NCBI GenBank assembly: GCA_947630445.1 | Contig: CANRHQ010000005.1 | Location: 1 to 55,635 of the forward strand | DNA from: an uncultured Clostridia bacterium | Lineage (GTDB): Bacteria > Bacillota > Clostridia > TANB77 > CAG-508 | Length of the DNA: 55,635 bases | Direction of reading: 5' to 3' | In this document: positions 7,168 through 17,075 of the stretch, piece by piece | Position numbering within the stretch: position 1 is the first letter of the stretch | Layout: each line of letters begins with the position of its first letter | Translations under genes and position numbers: made by a program | The notes under the pieces: generated by a model | Database searches by the model: none | The model's input: only the letters and a program-made list of their open reading frames with translations | Told to the model about the DNA's origin: nothing

Positions 7168-9063
7168 TTATTTATTAAGTTTTTCTAAAACAATTATAAA
7201 CATTGCATGAGACCAACCTAATCCTAATACCCAGTTTGGTTTTAAAGTACTATTATCAATTTGTTCTCCTAAAAAACTATGCTTTCCTGCAGTTTTTATA
7301 ACAAAATCAAATGTTTCCTTTGCTTTTTTCTTTTCTCCATTTTCTAAATAATACAATGTCATCCATAAATTTGCAATTGGCCAAGGTGCACCATTTCTAT
7401 AATGGTCATTTTCAAATCTTTGGTATCCCCCTGTATATGTTCTAATTGTTAAATTAATATTTTCAATAGTATTTTGTATTCTTCTTTCTTTAGGAGAAAA
7501 TACATTAAATGGTATTACAGCCCCTAATAAGCTAATATCTATCCTTTTATCATCTGTATTTCTTACATAAGATTTTCTATTTTCATCATATAAATTTTCT
7601 TCTATATATTTCTTTATTTCAACCTGTAATTTTGATATTGCATCTATATTTTTAGATATTTTTTCTTCTTTTAATCTATTATTTTCAAATTCAGAAACAT
7701 CATCACCTAAAGCATTGTAAATTTTTATCATAGCTCCAAAAGCAGCAAATATACTTGCTAATGAATACAAATGTGTTCCTTCATACATTTCCCACAAGTC
7801 ATAACTTACATGAAACTTTTGAGTTCCATCTATAATATCTCTAGCATATTTTTTCAAAAATTCTATAGCTTTTTCACACATATGTAAATTTACTTTTAAA
7901 AATTTTTCATTTTTTGTATATTCATAGTGTGAATATACTCCATATACTACACTTGCTGTTTCATCAACTTGATATCCCCAACAAGGTGCTAATCTACCAT
8001 CTGTGTAAAAACGTTGTTCCCACATACCATTTTTACTTTGAGTCATTCTACAAAAATTACTGTAAAATTTTTCTGTCTCTTTTGTCATATTCAATATATC
8101 TAATGCTCTTGTTATAAATACTGCATCTCTTGGCCAACAATAAGCATATCTTCCACATTGTGTTAAATCTTCATCAACTTCTGGAGCAGCTATTATTCCT
8201 CCTGTTGATTGATTTGTGAGTAATGGAAATAATAATATACTTCTTTTATAAATATCATATATTTTTTCTTCATAACTATTTTTTGGTTCTTTTATTTCTA
8301 GTCCATTATGTTCTCTAACATATTTTCTCCAGTAAGATTTTGTTTTTGTATATTCCTTTTCTAAATCTATTTTTCTAATTCTTTCAACTTGATCTTCAAC
8401 AGCTTGCATAGTCTTTTTTTCTTCATCAATATATATGCATATTTCAATTTCTTTTTTTTCTCCAGGATTAATTTTTCCTATATCATAGCTTATGCTTGAG
8501 TCTTTTGACATTCCTATATAATCTTTATCATATATTATTGCTGAATGTATCGTATTCTGACTTCCATTTATTTGATGACTTAATAATTTATTTGACTTTG
8601 CAAATGTTGCTACTGAAAATTCATGTGCATATTGAATCATTCCTGTATCTGTTTTCATTCCACTAACAAAATTATTTTGATCTGATAATAATTCTGAATA
8701 GATTAAGAAATTTACATTTAGTTCAATATTTCCATCATTTATAAAAGTATATTTTTTTACTAATACATCTTCTTTTATAATTGCAAAATCTGTTTGTAAA
8801 ATTTTTAAATTAAAATATGTGTTAGTTATTTCTGTATTTAAAATATTTGTGTCTGTATCATAATATTGTAAATATGTATTATTTACATCATCATGTAAAT
8901 ATATTAAATTTGAATCATTTATTTTTACTCCAGTATAGAAAAATTTTAAATATTGTCTATTATCCCTATTAGGATAAGATAAACGTAACATCTCTCCTTT
9001 TCCTGAAAATGTTGCTAATATATTTTTATTTCCTATAATTGCTTCATTTAAGTATTTTTCCAT
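7168..9063 (-). CDS. Glycoside hydrolase family 15 protein (glucoamylase/glucodextranase-like)
   Basis: 631 aa. GGIIAAPEVDEDLTQCGRYAYCWPRDAVF, YDLWEM and GAPWPIANLW motifs are typical of the GH15 (alpha/alpha)6 barrel. RBS AGGGAAGGA upstream. Confidence 0.8.
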   Translation of the reverse strand: MEKYLNEAIIGNKNILATFSGKGEMLRLSYPNRDNRQYLKFFYTGVKINDSNLIYLHDDVNNTYLQYYDTDTNILNTEITNTYFNLKILQTDFAIIKEDVLVKKYTFINDGNIELNVNFLIYSELLSDQNNFVSGMKTDTGMIQYAHEFSVATFAKSNKLLSHQINGSQNTIHSAIIYDKDYIGMSKDSSISYDIGKINPGEKKEIEICIYIDEEKKTMQAVEDQVERIRKIDLEKEYTKTKSYWRKYVREHNGLEIKEPKNSYEEKIYDIYKRSILLFPLLTNQSTGGIIAAPEVDEDLTQCGRYAYCWPRDAVFITRALDILNMTKETEKFYSNFCRMTQSKNGMWEQRFYTDGRLAPCWGYQVDETASVVYGVYSHYEYTKNEKFLKVNLHMCEKAIEFLKKYARDIIDGTQKFHVSYDLWEMYEGTHLYSLASIFAAFGAMIKIYNALGDDVSEFENNRLKEEKISKNIDAISKLQVEIKKYIEENLYDENRKSYVRNTDDKRIDISLLGAVIPFNVFSPKERRIQNTIENINLTIRTYTGGYQRFENDHYRNGAPWPIANLWMTLYYLENGEKKKAKETFDFVIKTAGKHSFLGEQIDNSTLKPNWVLGLGWSHAMFIIVLEKLNK

Positions 9064-9076
9064 CTAATTTCCTTCC

Positions 9077-10720
9077 CTATCCTTCAATTACATTTAGTAT
9101 TTGTTTTTCTAATTCTTTTATTTTTTCATTTATTCTAAACATATCTTCATTTCTTAAACTTGCATCATCAACATCTTGTTTTACAATGATTTCCATATCT
9201 CTTATTTCATTATTTAATTTGTTTAATCTACTTAATATTTCTTGCTTTAATGTATTTGATTTCTTTACTACAATTTTGTTTACTATTCTTAACTCATCAT
9301 TTAATTCATAGGTTTCTCCAAATTCTGGTATTGATACTCCTATTCCTGTTTCCTCTAAAATTTTATTTTTTAATACTTCTTGTGATTCTTCTTCACCATG
9401 TACTAAAAATATGTGTTTTGGTTTTGATATAAATGAATATATAAAGTTCATTAACCATTGTTGATCTGCATGTCCAGAATATCCTTCAATATATTCAATT
9501 CTAGCATTTACAGCAATTTCTTCACCAAAAATTGTTACTTTTTTTGCCCCATTTACTATTGAATATCCTAATGTTCCTGGTGCCTGGTATCCTACAAATA
9601 ATATTGTATTATTTGGATTCCATATATTATGTTTTAAATGATGTTTAATCCTTCCAACATCACACATTCCACTTGCTGATATTATTATTGCTGGTTCTTG
9701 ACTTTCATTTAATGCTTTTGATTCATCTGCTGTTTGTGTAAATTTAAGTCCTGGAAATTCTAATGGGTTATCACCTTTTTCCATTTCTTCTTTTATTTCA
9801 TCATCAAATAAATCTGTATTTTGTCTAAATATCTCTGTAGCAGATATTGCTAAAGGACTATCAACATATACAGGTACTTTCATTAATGTCTTATATTTTC
9901 TTCTGAATTCTTCATCATCTCTATTTTCTTTTATCTTGTTTAATTCATAAAGTATTTCCTGTGTTCTTCCTACTGCAAAAGATGGTATTATTACTGTTCC
10001 ACCATTATCTATTGTTTCTGATACTATATCTAGGAATAATTCTGCTTTTTGTTCATTCCTCATATGTAACCTGCTACCATAAGTTGATTCCATAACTAGA
10101 TAATCGCAATTATCTATCATTGTTGGTGAAGCTAATAATGGTATGTCATTATTTCCTAGGTCTCCTGTAAATACAGCTTTTGTTTCTTTTCCATTTTCAG
10201 TTGCCCATATTTCAATAATACTAGAACCTAACATATGTCCAGCATCATTATATCTTACATATATATCTGGTGCTACTTCTATTATTTCATCATATTTTAC
10301 AGGTACAAATAGCTCCAAACAATTTATAGCATCTTCTGCTGTGTATAAAGGAGGTAAAATTTCTTCTCCTTTTCTTTGTCTTTTCTTATTCTTCCATTCT
10401 GATTCCATTTCTTGTATATGTCCACTATCTGGTAACATTATTCCACATAAATCACATGTTGCTTTATGTGCATATATTGGCTTTTTAAAGCCATCATTAT
10501 ATAATTTTGGTATTCTTCCAGAATGATCTATATGTGCATGTGTTAATAACATAAAATCTATTTCTGTTGGTTCAAATTCAAATGGCTTATAATTTTCCAT
10601 TTCAAGTTCTGCTTTACCTTGGTACATTCCACAATCTACTAAAAACTTTTTTCCTGCTGCTTCTACTAAAAAGTTTGAACCTGTAACCATCTTAGTTGCT
10701 CCTAAGAATGTTATTTTCAT
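9077..10720 (-). CDS. Metallo-beta-lactamase fold, beta-CASP-type nuclease with coiled-coil C-terminal tail
   Basis: 547 aa. HAHIDHSG (HxHxDH) motif and a later GHADQ-type motif. Layout resembles RNA-metabolising MBL/beta-CASP enzymes. The last ~80 aa are heptad-rich. RBS AAGGAGA. Confidence 0.8.
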   Translation of the reverse strand: MKITFLGATKMVTGSNFLVEAAGKKFLVDCGMYQGKAELEMENYKPFEFEPTEIDFMLLTHAHIDHSGRIPKLYNDGFKKPIYAHKATCDLCGIMLPDSGHIQEMESEWKNKKRQRKGEEILPPLYTAEDAINCLELFVPVKYDEIIEVAPDIYVRYNDAGHMLGSSIIEIWATENGKETKAVFTGDLGNNDIPLLASPTMIDNCDYLVMESTYGSRLHMRNEQKAELFLDIVSETIDNGGTVIIPSFAVGRTQEILYELNKIKENRDDEEFRRKYKTLMKVPVYVDSPLAISATEIFRQNTDLFDDEIKEEMEKGDNPLEFPGLKFTQTADESKALNESQEPAIIISASGMCDVGRIKHHLKHNIWNPNNTILFVGYQAPGTLGYSIVNGAKKVTIFGEEIAVNARIEYIEGYSGHADQQWLMNFIYSFISKPKHIFLVHGEEESQEVLKNKILEETGIGVSIPEFGETYELNDELRIVNKIVVKKSNTLKQEILSRLNKLNNEIRDMEIIVKQDVDDASLRNEDMFRINEKIKELEKQILNVIEG

Positions 10721-10733
10721 AAGTTATCTCCTT

Positions 10734-12236
10734 TTAAATAAATATTTTTATTTTTTTATTTATTTTTATATTATCTTTTGATTTTATTTCAAATCGTTCT
10801 TCAGTTATATTTTCATCAAATATTTGTACATAATATTTTTCCATTTCATTTGTTATTTTAAAATATAATTCTTCTAATATCATTATTCTTGTTTTAAATA
10901 AATGTTGCATTATTTCAAATGGCATATTTACAATAACCTTTTTTTCTACTGCCTTATCAAATACTTTTTTTTCTATTTGTGTAAGTGATTTTTGTAATTC
11001 TTTTACATCTTTTATACTTTTCTTTTCATTAAATGGCAATAATTCAAAATATCTTAATTTATATATTAGTTTTACAATTTCTTCTAATTGCTCAATATTT
11101 TTTATTCTTTTTTCCCAAAATGTTAAAAATAATTGTTCAAATTCAATTATCAATGTTTCTTTTTGTTCTTTTGAAAAATCTACTACTTCTAGTAATTGCT
11201 TTTCACTTTCTAATTTAGCTTTTTCATTCAAATAATTTTTTGGTTTTAGAATATAATTACATTCTTCTATTTCATTTAATAATTGCTGTTTTCTTTCATT
11301 TAATTGTTTCTTTAATACTTTTATACTAAATATTTTTTCTTGTATTGGAAGATTTTCGTTTCTTTTATCATATTCTTGTTTTAATCTTGATTCTTGACTT
11401 AATATTTTTTCTATATTTCTTATTTCTTCTGCTTTTTCTTTCTTTAATTTGGTTATTTGTGTTAAAGTTTCTTGTGTATTTTTAAATTCTGTTAATTTTG
11501 TTTCAACTTCTTTCAATTTTTCTAAAAGTTCACTTTTTAAATTTTCACTTTTTTCTGTTCCATCTATTATTGCAATTTGTGCTAATTTTTCTATAAATTC
11601 ATTTGAAACATCTTTTTTCATTAATTCTATGTAGTCAATTATTCCATCTGTATCTTGAGTCCAACCATTTAGAAATTCTTCTCCAAATAATATTCTTAAA
11701 GTTTGATATACTAAATTTGCAGTTATATCTTCTAATTCTGTATTTATTGTAGTCCAAGACCATCCATTAAAATCTCTAAATACTTCTACTCTGTCTATAC
11801 TTTTTCCAGTGTTTATTAAGTTTGATATGGTCTGTGATGCTATTCCATATCTATTGTTTACTATTTTTTTATTATTAGAATTTTGTTCTATTGCATATAA
11901 AATCTTTCTTTCGATTGGATAACTAATAATTTCATTATTAGCTATATAATAATTATTTTTTTCTAATTCTTTTCTAATTTGGTCATCTTCTACTTTTTCA
12001 CTCAATTTTACAGTTTTTATTTGAATACATTTTCGCGAAATGTTATTTAATAATTCTTCTATATATTTTGACTTTGTTATATCTGTTACTTTTACTTTTT
12101 TATAATCTTTATATGATACTTCTATTTTATACAAAATGCCTTGGAGAAGATTTTTAGCATGTTCTTCTATGTTTTTTTCTTCTAAAATCTTTTCTAGTTC
12201 TTCATTTTTGTCTGTTTTTATGAACTTTTCTAACAT
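10734..12236 (-). CDS. Hypothetical coiled-coil-rich protein (500 aa)
   Basis: Long ORF with RBS AGGAGAAAGGAGAA, 13 nt from the downstream gene and 30 nt from ftsK. No recognisable catalytic motif. The central ~200 aa are K/E-rich heptads. Confidence 0.75.
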   Translation of the reverse strand: MLEKFIKTDKNEELEKILEEKNIEEHAKNLLQGILYKIEVSYKDYKKVKVTDITKSKYIEELLNNISRKCIQIKTVKLSEKVEDDQIRKELEKNNYYIANNEIISYPIERKILYAIEQNSNNKKIVNNRYGIASQTISNLINTGKSIDRVEVFRDFNGWSWTTINTELEDITANLVYQTLRILFGEEFLNGWTQDTDGIIDYIELMKKDVSNEFIEKLAQIAIIDGTEKSENLKSELLEKLKEVETKLTEFKNTQETLTQITKLKKEKAEEIRNIEKILSQESRLKQEYDKRNENLPIQEKIFSIKVLKKQLNERKQQLLNEIEECNYILKPKNYLNEKAKLESEKQLLEVVDFSKEQKETLIIEFEQLFLTFWEKRIKNIEQLEEIVKLIYKLRYFELLPFNEKKSIKDVKELQKSLTQIEKKVFDKAVEKKVIVNMPFEIMQHLFKTRIMILEELYFKITNEMEKYYVQIFDENITEERFEIKSKDNIKINKKIKIFI

Positions 12237-12266
12237 TTCTTCTCCTTTCTCCTAGAAAAATCATAT

Positions 12267-14642
12267 TTATTCTTCTGTAATTTCATCTTTTCCCATCTTT
12301 AGTTCTTGTAATTTTTCTAAAGTCATTAATACTTGACGAGGTTTACTTCCTTGGTATCCAGATATTACTCCTCTTTCTTCCATTTGGTCGATAATTCTTC
12401 CTGCTCTTGCATATCCTACTTTAAACTTTCTTTGTATAAATGATGTTGATGCTTGTCCTGTTTCAACAACAACATCTATTGCATCCATTAAAAATGGATC
12501 TGTGTCATCATCCTCATCTGTTTCTTCAGATATTTCTTTGTCTGTTTTATTACTGTTTTCTATACTTTCTAATATGTCTTCACTATATACAGCCTCTCCA
12601 TTTGATTTTACAAATGATACTATTTTTTCTACTTCTTCATCTGATACAAATGCTCCTTGAATTCTTGTTGGTTTTGGTGCACCTGATGGATAGAATAACA
12701 TATCACCTTTACCTAATAATTTTTCTGCTCCTATTTGGTCTAATATTGTTCTTGAGTCAATTTGTGAAGATACTGAAAATGCTATTCTTGATGGTATATT
12801 TGCTTTTATTATTCCAGTAATTACATCAACAGATGGACGTTGTGTAGCTATTATTAAATGCATTCCTGCTGCCCTTGCTTTTTGTGCTAATCTACATATT
12901 GAATCTTCTACATCTTTTGCAGCTACCATCATTAAATCTGCCAACTCATCTATTATTATTACTATTTGTGGTAATTTACCTGTTCCTTCTTCTTTTTCTA
13001 CTAATGCATTATAACCTTTTAAATCTCTTACTCCTTTTTGAGCAAATACATTATATCTATTATCCATTTCTTGTACTGCCCATGCTAATGCACCTGCTGC
13101 CTTCTTTGGGTCTGTTACAACTGGTATTAATAAATGTGGTATTCCATTATATACAGATAGTTCAACAACTTTTGGATCTACCATTACAAGTTTTACTTCA
13201 CTTGGTTTTGATTTATAAATTATACTTGTTATTATTGTATTTATACATACACTTTTTCCAGAACCTGTTGCACCAGCAATTAATGCATGTGGCATCTTTG
13301 ATATATCTGCAACTGCAATTTTTCCAGCTACATCTTTTCCAAGTCCAACACTTAATTTTGATTTACTATCTTTGAACTCATCACTTTCTAATACTTCTCT
13401 TAATGTTACCATTTCTTTTTCTGAATTTGGAACTTCAATTCCAACAGCTTGTTTTCCTGGTATTGGTGCTTCTATTCTTATAGTTTCTGCTGCTAAATTT
13501 AATGCAATATCATCTGCTAAATTGGCTATTTTACTTACTCTAACTCCTTCTGCTGGTTTTAATTCATATCTTGTTATTGCAGGTCCTACTGATACATTTT
13601 CTACTTTTGCCTGTACTCCAAAACTATATAAAGTTTTTTGTAATTTTGTTGCTACATCAGCTAATGCTTTTGTTCCACCTTTTAGTGCTTTTTTATTTCC
13701 TTTACTTAATAATTCAATTGGTGGATATTCATAAGCCTCATCTTCAACAACTAATGCATGCTCTAATTGTAATACTTCTTTTACTTTTTCTTCTTTCTTT
13801 TCTTCTTCTTTTTTAAATAGATTGCCTTCTATGTAATCTGGTTGCATTTTTTGTGCATCATTTTCTAGTCCTAATGGAACTAAATCGTCTTTATCATGAT
13901 TATATTTTTTTCGTCCTTTATTATCTTCTTCTATAGCTCTACCATTTAAATTTATTTTTATTTGGTCTGCATCTGTTTCTTTGTCCTCTAAATCTAAATA
14001 TGCTTTTCTGTTTTCTTTTGTTACTTTTTCTCTTTTACTTTCTGCCTCTTCTTTTGCAAGCATCCTTTCTTCATATTTTTCTTTTCTTCTTTCAACTCCA
14101 GCTTGAATCCAATTACTTATTAATCCAGATAAATCTATTCCAAAAACGACTGCAAATAGTATTATAGCAGCTCCTATGCTTAATACTATTGTTCCAATTT
14201 TGCCAAATAATTTGAATAATGGAACTGCTGCAATTGTTCCTAATGCTCCTCCTCCTATATTGTTTTCTCCTAATTGATATGCCTCTTTAACAATTTCTGA
14301 AATGTTTTGATCTATGTTAATTGATCCATTGTATATTTGATATACACTTAATATTACTGCAACAAATATTAATAATAAAGTGTATTGAAATATTCTTGAA
14401 GATAAATAATCATCATCATCTTTGCATGCCATTTTTACAGCTACAATAAATGAACCTATTGGTAATACATATTTAATTATTCCAAATAGTCCACCTACAA
14501 AATCACTTAAAACTACTCCTATATATCCTGATTCTCCATATATTAGAACTGCTAATAATAAGCTAAATATAATTGTAATTATTACTCCTAAATCTGGTAT
14601 ATTTTTTTGATTTTTTCTTTTTTTATAACTTCTTTTGGCCAT
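12267..14642 (-). CDS. ftsK: DNA translocase FtsK/SpoIIIE
   Basis: 791 aa. N-terminal TM segments, acidic linker, motor domain with Walker A GATGSGKS and Walker B IIIDELADLM, and a C-terminal gamma wHTH (TSFIQRKFKVGYARAGRIIDQMEERGVI). Confidence 0.95.
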   Translation of the reverse strand: MAKRSYKKRKNQKNIPDLGVIITIIFSLLLAVLIYGESGYIGVVLSDFVGGLFGIIKYVLPIGSFIVAVKMACKDDDDYLSSRIFQYTLLLIFVAVILSVYQIYNGSINIDQNISEIVKEAYQLGENNIGGGALGTIAAVPLFKLFGKIGTIVLSIGAAIILFAVVFGIDLSGLISNWIQAGVERRKEKYEERMLAKEEAESKREKVTKENRKAYLDLEDKETDADQIKINLNGRAIEEDNKGRKKYNHDKDDLVPLGLENDAQKMQPDYIEGNLFKKEEEKKEEKVKEVLQLEHALVVEDEAYEYPPIELLSKGNKKALKGGTKALADVATKLQKTLYSFGVQAKVENVSVGPAITRYELKPAEGVRVSKIANLADDIALNLAAETIRIEAPIPGKQAVGIEVPNSEKEMVTLREVLESDEFKDSKSKLSVGLGKDVAGKIAVADISKMPHALIAGATGSGKSVCINTIITSIIYKSKPSEVKLVMVDPKVVELSVYNGIPHLLIPVVTDPKKAAGALAWAVQEMDNRYNVFAQKGVRDLKGYNALVEKEEGTGKLPQIVIIIDELADLMMVAAKDVEDSICRLAQKARAAGMHLIIATQRPSVDVITGIIKANIPSRIAFSVSSQIDSRTILDQIGAEKLLGKGDMLFYPSGAPKPTRIQGAFVSDEEVEKIVSFVKSNGEAVYSEDILESIENSNKTDKEISEETDEDDDTDPFLMDAIDVVVETGQASTSFIQRKFKVGYARAGRIIDQMEERGVISGYQGSKPRQVLMTLEKLQELKMGKDEITEE

Positions 14643-14669
14643 TTTTCTACTTCCTTCCTATTCTTCTAC

Positions 14670-14719
14670 AAAAATAGGGGACACTCCTTTTTTAAACGGG
14701 TGTCCCCCAGGGTGTCCCC
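14670..14719 (-). terminator. GC-rich hairpin terminator downstream of 14725-15228, with a duplicated arm
   Basis: On the minus strand, GGGGACACCC occurs twice (rc of 14698-14707 and 14710-14719). Either copy can pair with GTGTCCCC (rc 14677-14684), which is followed by TATTTTTG. Confidence 0.65.
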
Positions 14720-14724
14720 AGATT

Positions 14725-15228
14725 TTATTGAAGTTCTTTTTTACTGTTTTGTATTGTTTTTATTGTATCTTCTAGCGACATTTCCATTAAACTTATTGCT
14801 TCTCCCATATTTTTTTCTAATTTTGCTAATGTATCTGTTAATACTTTTTCTGTTGTGTCTAATAAATTATTAGCATATTCTTTTGTTCCTTGAGATATTT
14901 CTCTTGACATTTCATTTGCTGTTTCTATGATTTCTGCTTTTTGGTCATATGCTTTTCTAGTTATCTCATGTTCATCTATCATTGCAATAATTCTATTTTC
15001 AGCTTCTTTAACAATTCCATCAGCTTCTTTTTGTGCCTCAACTAAAATTCTTTGTCTTTCTTCTTTTACCCATTTTGCTTGTTTTAGTTCATCTGGTAGT
15101 TTTATTCTTATTTCTTTTATTATTTCAAGTAGTTCTTCTTTATCTACCACTCCTTTATTAGTGAATGGTAGGCTTTTACTGTTTTCTAATATATCTTCTA
15201 TTGTTTCTAATAATGTAAAGATTTCCAT
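14725..15228 (-). CDS. Hypothetical coiled-coil protein (167 aa)
   Basis: ATG lies 3 nt after the rsmD stop, RBS GGAAAGGGG. Charged helical sequence (KQAKWVKEERQRILVEAQKEADGIVKEAENRI) resembles ATP-synthase-b/DivIVA-like helices. No firm family. Confidence 0.7.
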   Translation of the reverse strand: MEIFTLLETIEDILENSKSLPFTNKGVVDKEELLEIIKEIRIKLPDELKQAKWVKEERQRILVEAQKEADGIVKEAENRIIAMIDEHEITRKAYDQKAEIIETANEMSREISQGTKEYANNLLDTTEKVLTDTLAKLEKNMGEAISLMEMSLEDTIKTIQNSKKELQ

Positions 15229-15231
15229 TGT

Positions 15232-15801
15232 TTACCCCTTTCCAGTTTCAGTCTTTTTACTTAAAAATATTATTATTGCTCTTCCATATTTTCTTTTGTC
15301 GATAACTTGCATATCTAAATTACTTATTTCTTTCAAAATTCTTTGCTCATCATCTGTTTCTAATATTATTTTACTATTTTCTTTTATTATATCTAATTCT
15401 ATTATCTTTTTTAATGCTTGAAATATATAATCTGTATTATATGGTGGATCTATATATACTATATCAAATTTTTGTGTTTTACATTTTTCTATTGCAATAC
15501 TAAAATCTAAATTATATAATTCAACTTTTTGGCTAAAATGAGTTTTTTCTATATTCTTTTTTATTATTTCTATTGCTTTTTTTGAATTATCACATAATAC
15601 TGCCCTATTTGCACCTCTACTTAGCATTTCTAGTCCTATAGCACCACTTCCAGCAAATAGATCTAAAACATCTGCTTCTTCTATATCTCCTTGTATGATA
15701 TTAAATATTGATTCTTTTACTCTATCTAGTGTAGGTCTAGTCTCTAGTCCTTCTAAAGTATAAAGTTTTGTTCCTCGAGCCTTTCCTCCTATTATCCTCA
15801 T
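15232..15801 (-). CDS. rsmD: 16S rRNA (guanine966-N2)-methyltransferase RsmD
   Basis: 189 aa. MRIIGGKARG..L....RPT, DLFAGSGAIGLE (SAM motif I) and DPPY motifs. Confidence 0.9.
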   Translation of the reverse strand: MRIIGGKARGTKLYTLEGLETRPTLDRVKESIFNIIQGDIEEADVLDLFAGSGAIGLEMLSRGANRAVLCDNSKKAIEIIKKNIEKTHFSQKVELYNLDFSIAIEKCKTQKFDIVYIDPPYNTDYIFQALKKIIELDIIKENSKIILETDDEQRILKEISNLDMQVIDKRKYGRAIIIFLSKKTETGKG

Positions 15802-15831
15802 ATTTACACTTTCAGCCTTTCTTATACTACT

Positions 15832-15859
15832 ATTTTATTCTTTTTTTACTTATTGTCAA
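15832..15859 (-). promoter_or_regulatory. Possible promoter for rsmD
   Basis: TTGACA (rc 15854-15859), 16-nt spacer, TAAAAT (rc 15832-15837). Confidence 0.3.
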
Positions 15860-15910
15860 GAGTATTCATAAAATTGTAATATACATTTAATATTTCTGTA
15901 ATATTGTAAA

Positions 15911-15940
15911 AAAAAACCTATGTTTTTTCATAGGTATTTT
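15911..15940. terminator. Rho-independent terminator after divIVA
   Basis: A-run, CCTATG (15917-15922), loop TTTTTT, CATAGG (15929-15934), T-run. Lies immediately beyond the divIVA stop at 15941. Confidence 0.65.
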
Positions 15941-16432
15941 TTATTCTTCTTCTCCTTTATTTATCTCTTTTAATAATTCTGTCTGTGATACTAATAGTGA
16001 TTCCATTTTAGCTCTATATATATCAAATTGTTTTTTTAAATCATTATATTCTTTTTCTTTAACTTTTATTTGTTCATCTAATTCATCCAAGGCTTTCTTT
16101 GCAGAGATTTTTGATTCTTTTACCATATCTTCTGCTTGTTTTTTTGCTTCATTTAAAATTTGTTCTGATTGTTGCTTTGCTACATTTTTTACCTCTTCAG
16201 AGGCAGTTTGTGCCATAACTAATGTATTTTGTAAAGTAGTTTCAATGTTCTTATAATGGTTCAAACTATTAGTAAGTTCATCTATTTTTGATTTTGCTGT
16301 TGCTAATTCCTTATAATTTTTCTCATAGTCCTCTACTATTTCATCCAAAAATTCATCAACTTCAACAACATTATATCCATTCATCATTTGTCTATTAAAT
16401 TTTTTATTTTCTATATCTAATGGTGTAATCAT
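15941..16432 (-). CDS. divIVA: Cell-division/polarity protein DivIVA
   Basis: 163 aa. N-terminus MITPLDIENKKFNRQMMNGYNVVEVDEFLDEIVEDYE is the canonical DivIVA lipid-binding domain, followed by coiled coil. Confidence 0.9.
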   Translation of the reverse strand: MITPLDIENKKFNRQMMNGYNVVEVDEFLDEIVEDYEKNYKELATAKSKIDELTNSLNHYKNIETTLQNTLVMAQTASEEVKNVAKQQSEQILNEAKKQAEDMVKESKISAKKALDELDEQIKVKEKEYNDLKKQFDIYRAKMESLLVSQTELLKEINKGEEE

Positions 16433-16462
16433 ATTGGGTTGCCTCCGTTCTTTTTTTAGCTA

Positions 16463-16945
16463 TTAGTTTATATTATTGTTTTTTAACCATGAAACAGATA
16501 ATTTACTTTTAATTTCTTCTCTTGCCATTTCATTTGTTATTTCATAATTTACTGGTGCTATTAAAAATATTGAATTAGATATTTTTTGAATATGTCCATC
16601 TAATGCATATACGCCACCACTAATAAAGTCTACTATTCTTCTAGCGACATCTTTGTTTACATATTCTAAATTAACAATTACAGATTTCTTTTCTTTTAAT
16701 AAACTACAAATTTCCTCTGATTGTTCAAATGTAGTTGGTTGAGAAATTACCATCTTTACTGATTGTCCTTGGTTCATAGGTACTACTTTACCTTTTCTAC
16801 CAAAGAATTTTCTGTCATCTTCTTCTACTTCATTTTCTGCTCTATCTTCATAATCATAAACATCATCATCTTCAACTTCATCTACATCATCTTGTTGGTT
16901 AATTCCAAACATTCCCCAAACTTTGTCCATTATAGCTCCTGCCAT
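16463..16945 (-). CDS. sepF: Cell division protein SepF
   Basis: 160 aa. Acidic linker, then a SepF core (VISQPTTFEQSEEICSLLKEKKSVIVNLEYVNKDVARRIVDFISGGVYALDGHIQKISNSIFLIAP). Confidence 0.9.
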   Translation of the reverse strand: MAGAIMDKVWGMFGINQQDDVDEVEDDDVYDYEDRAENEVEEDDRKFFGRKGKVVPMNQGQSVKMVISQPTTFEQSEEICSLLKEKKSVIVNLEYVNKDVARRIVDFISGGVYALDGHIQKISNSIFLIAPVNYEITNEMAREEIKSKLSVSWLKNNNIN

Positions 16946-17075
16946 TTTTTACCCTCCTAATATTTTACACTTTTATTTTTTTATTCGCATATAGTATCTA
17001 TCTTTTTTAAATTTTTGTCAATAGTTTTTAAGATTGTAATAGAAACTTAATACTTTTGTAACATTATTGTAATAT

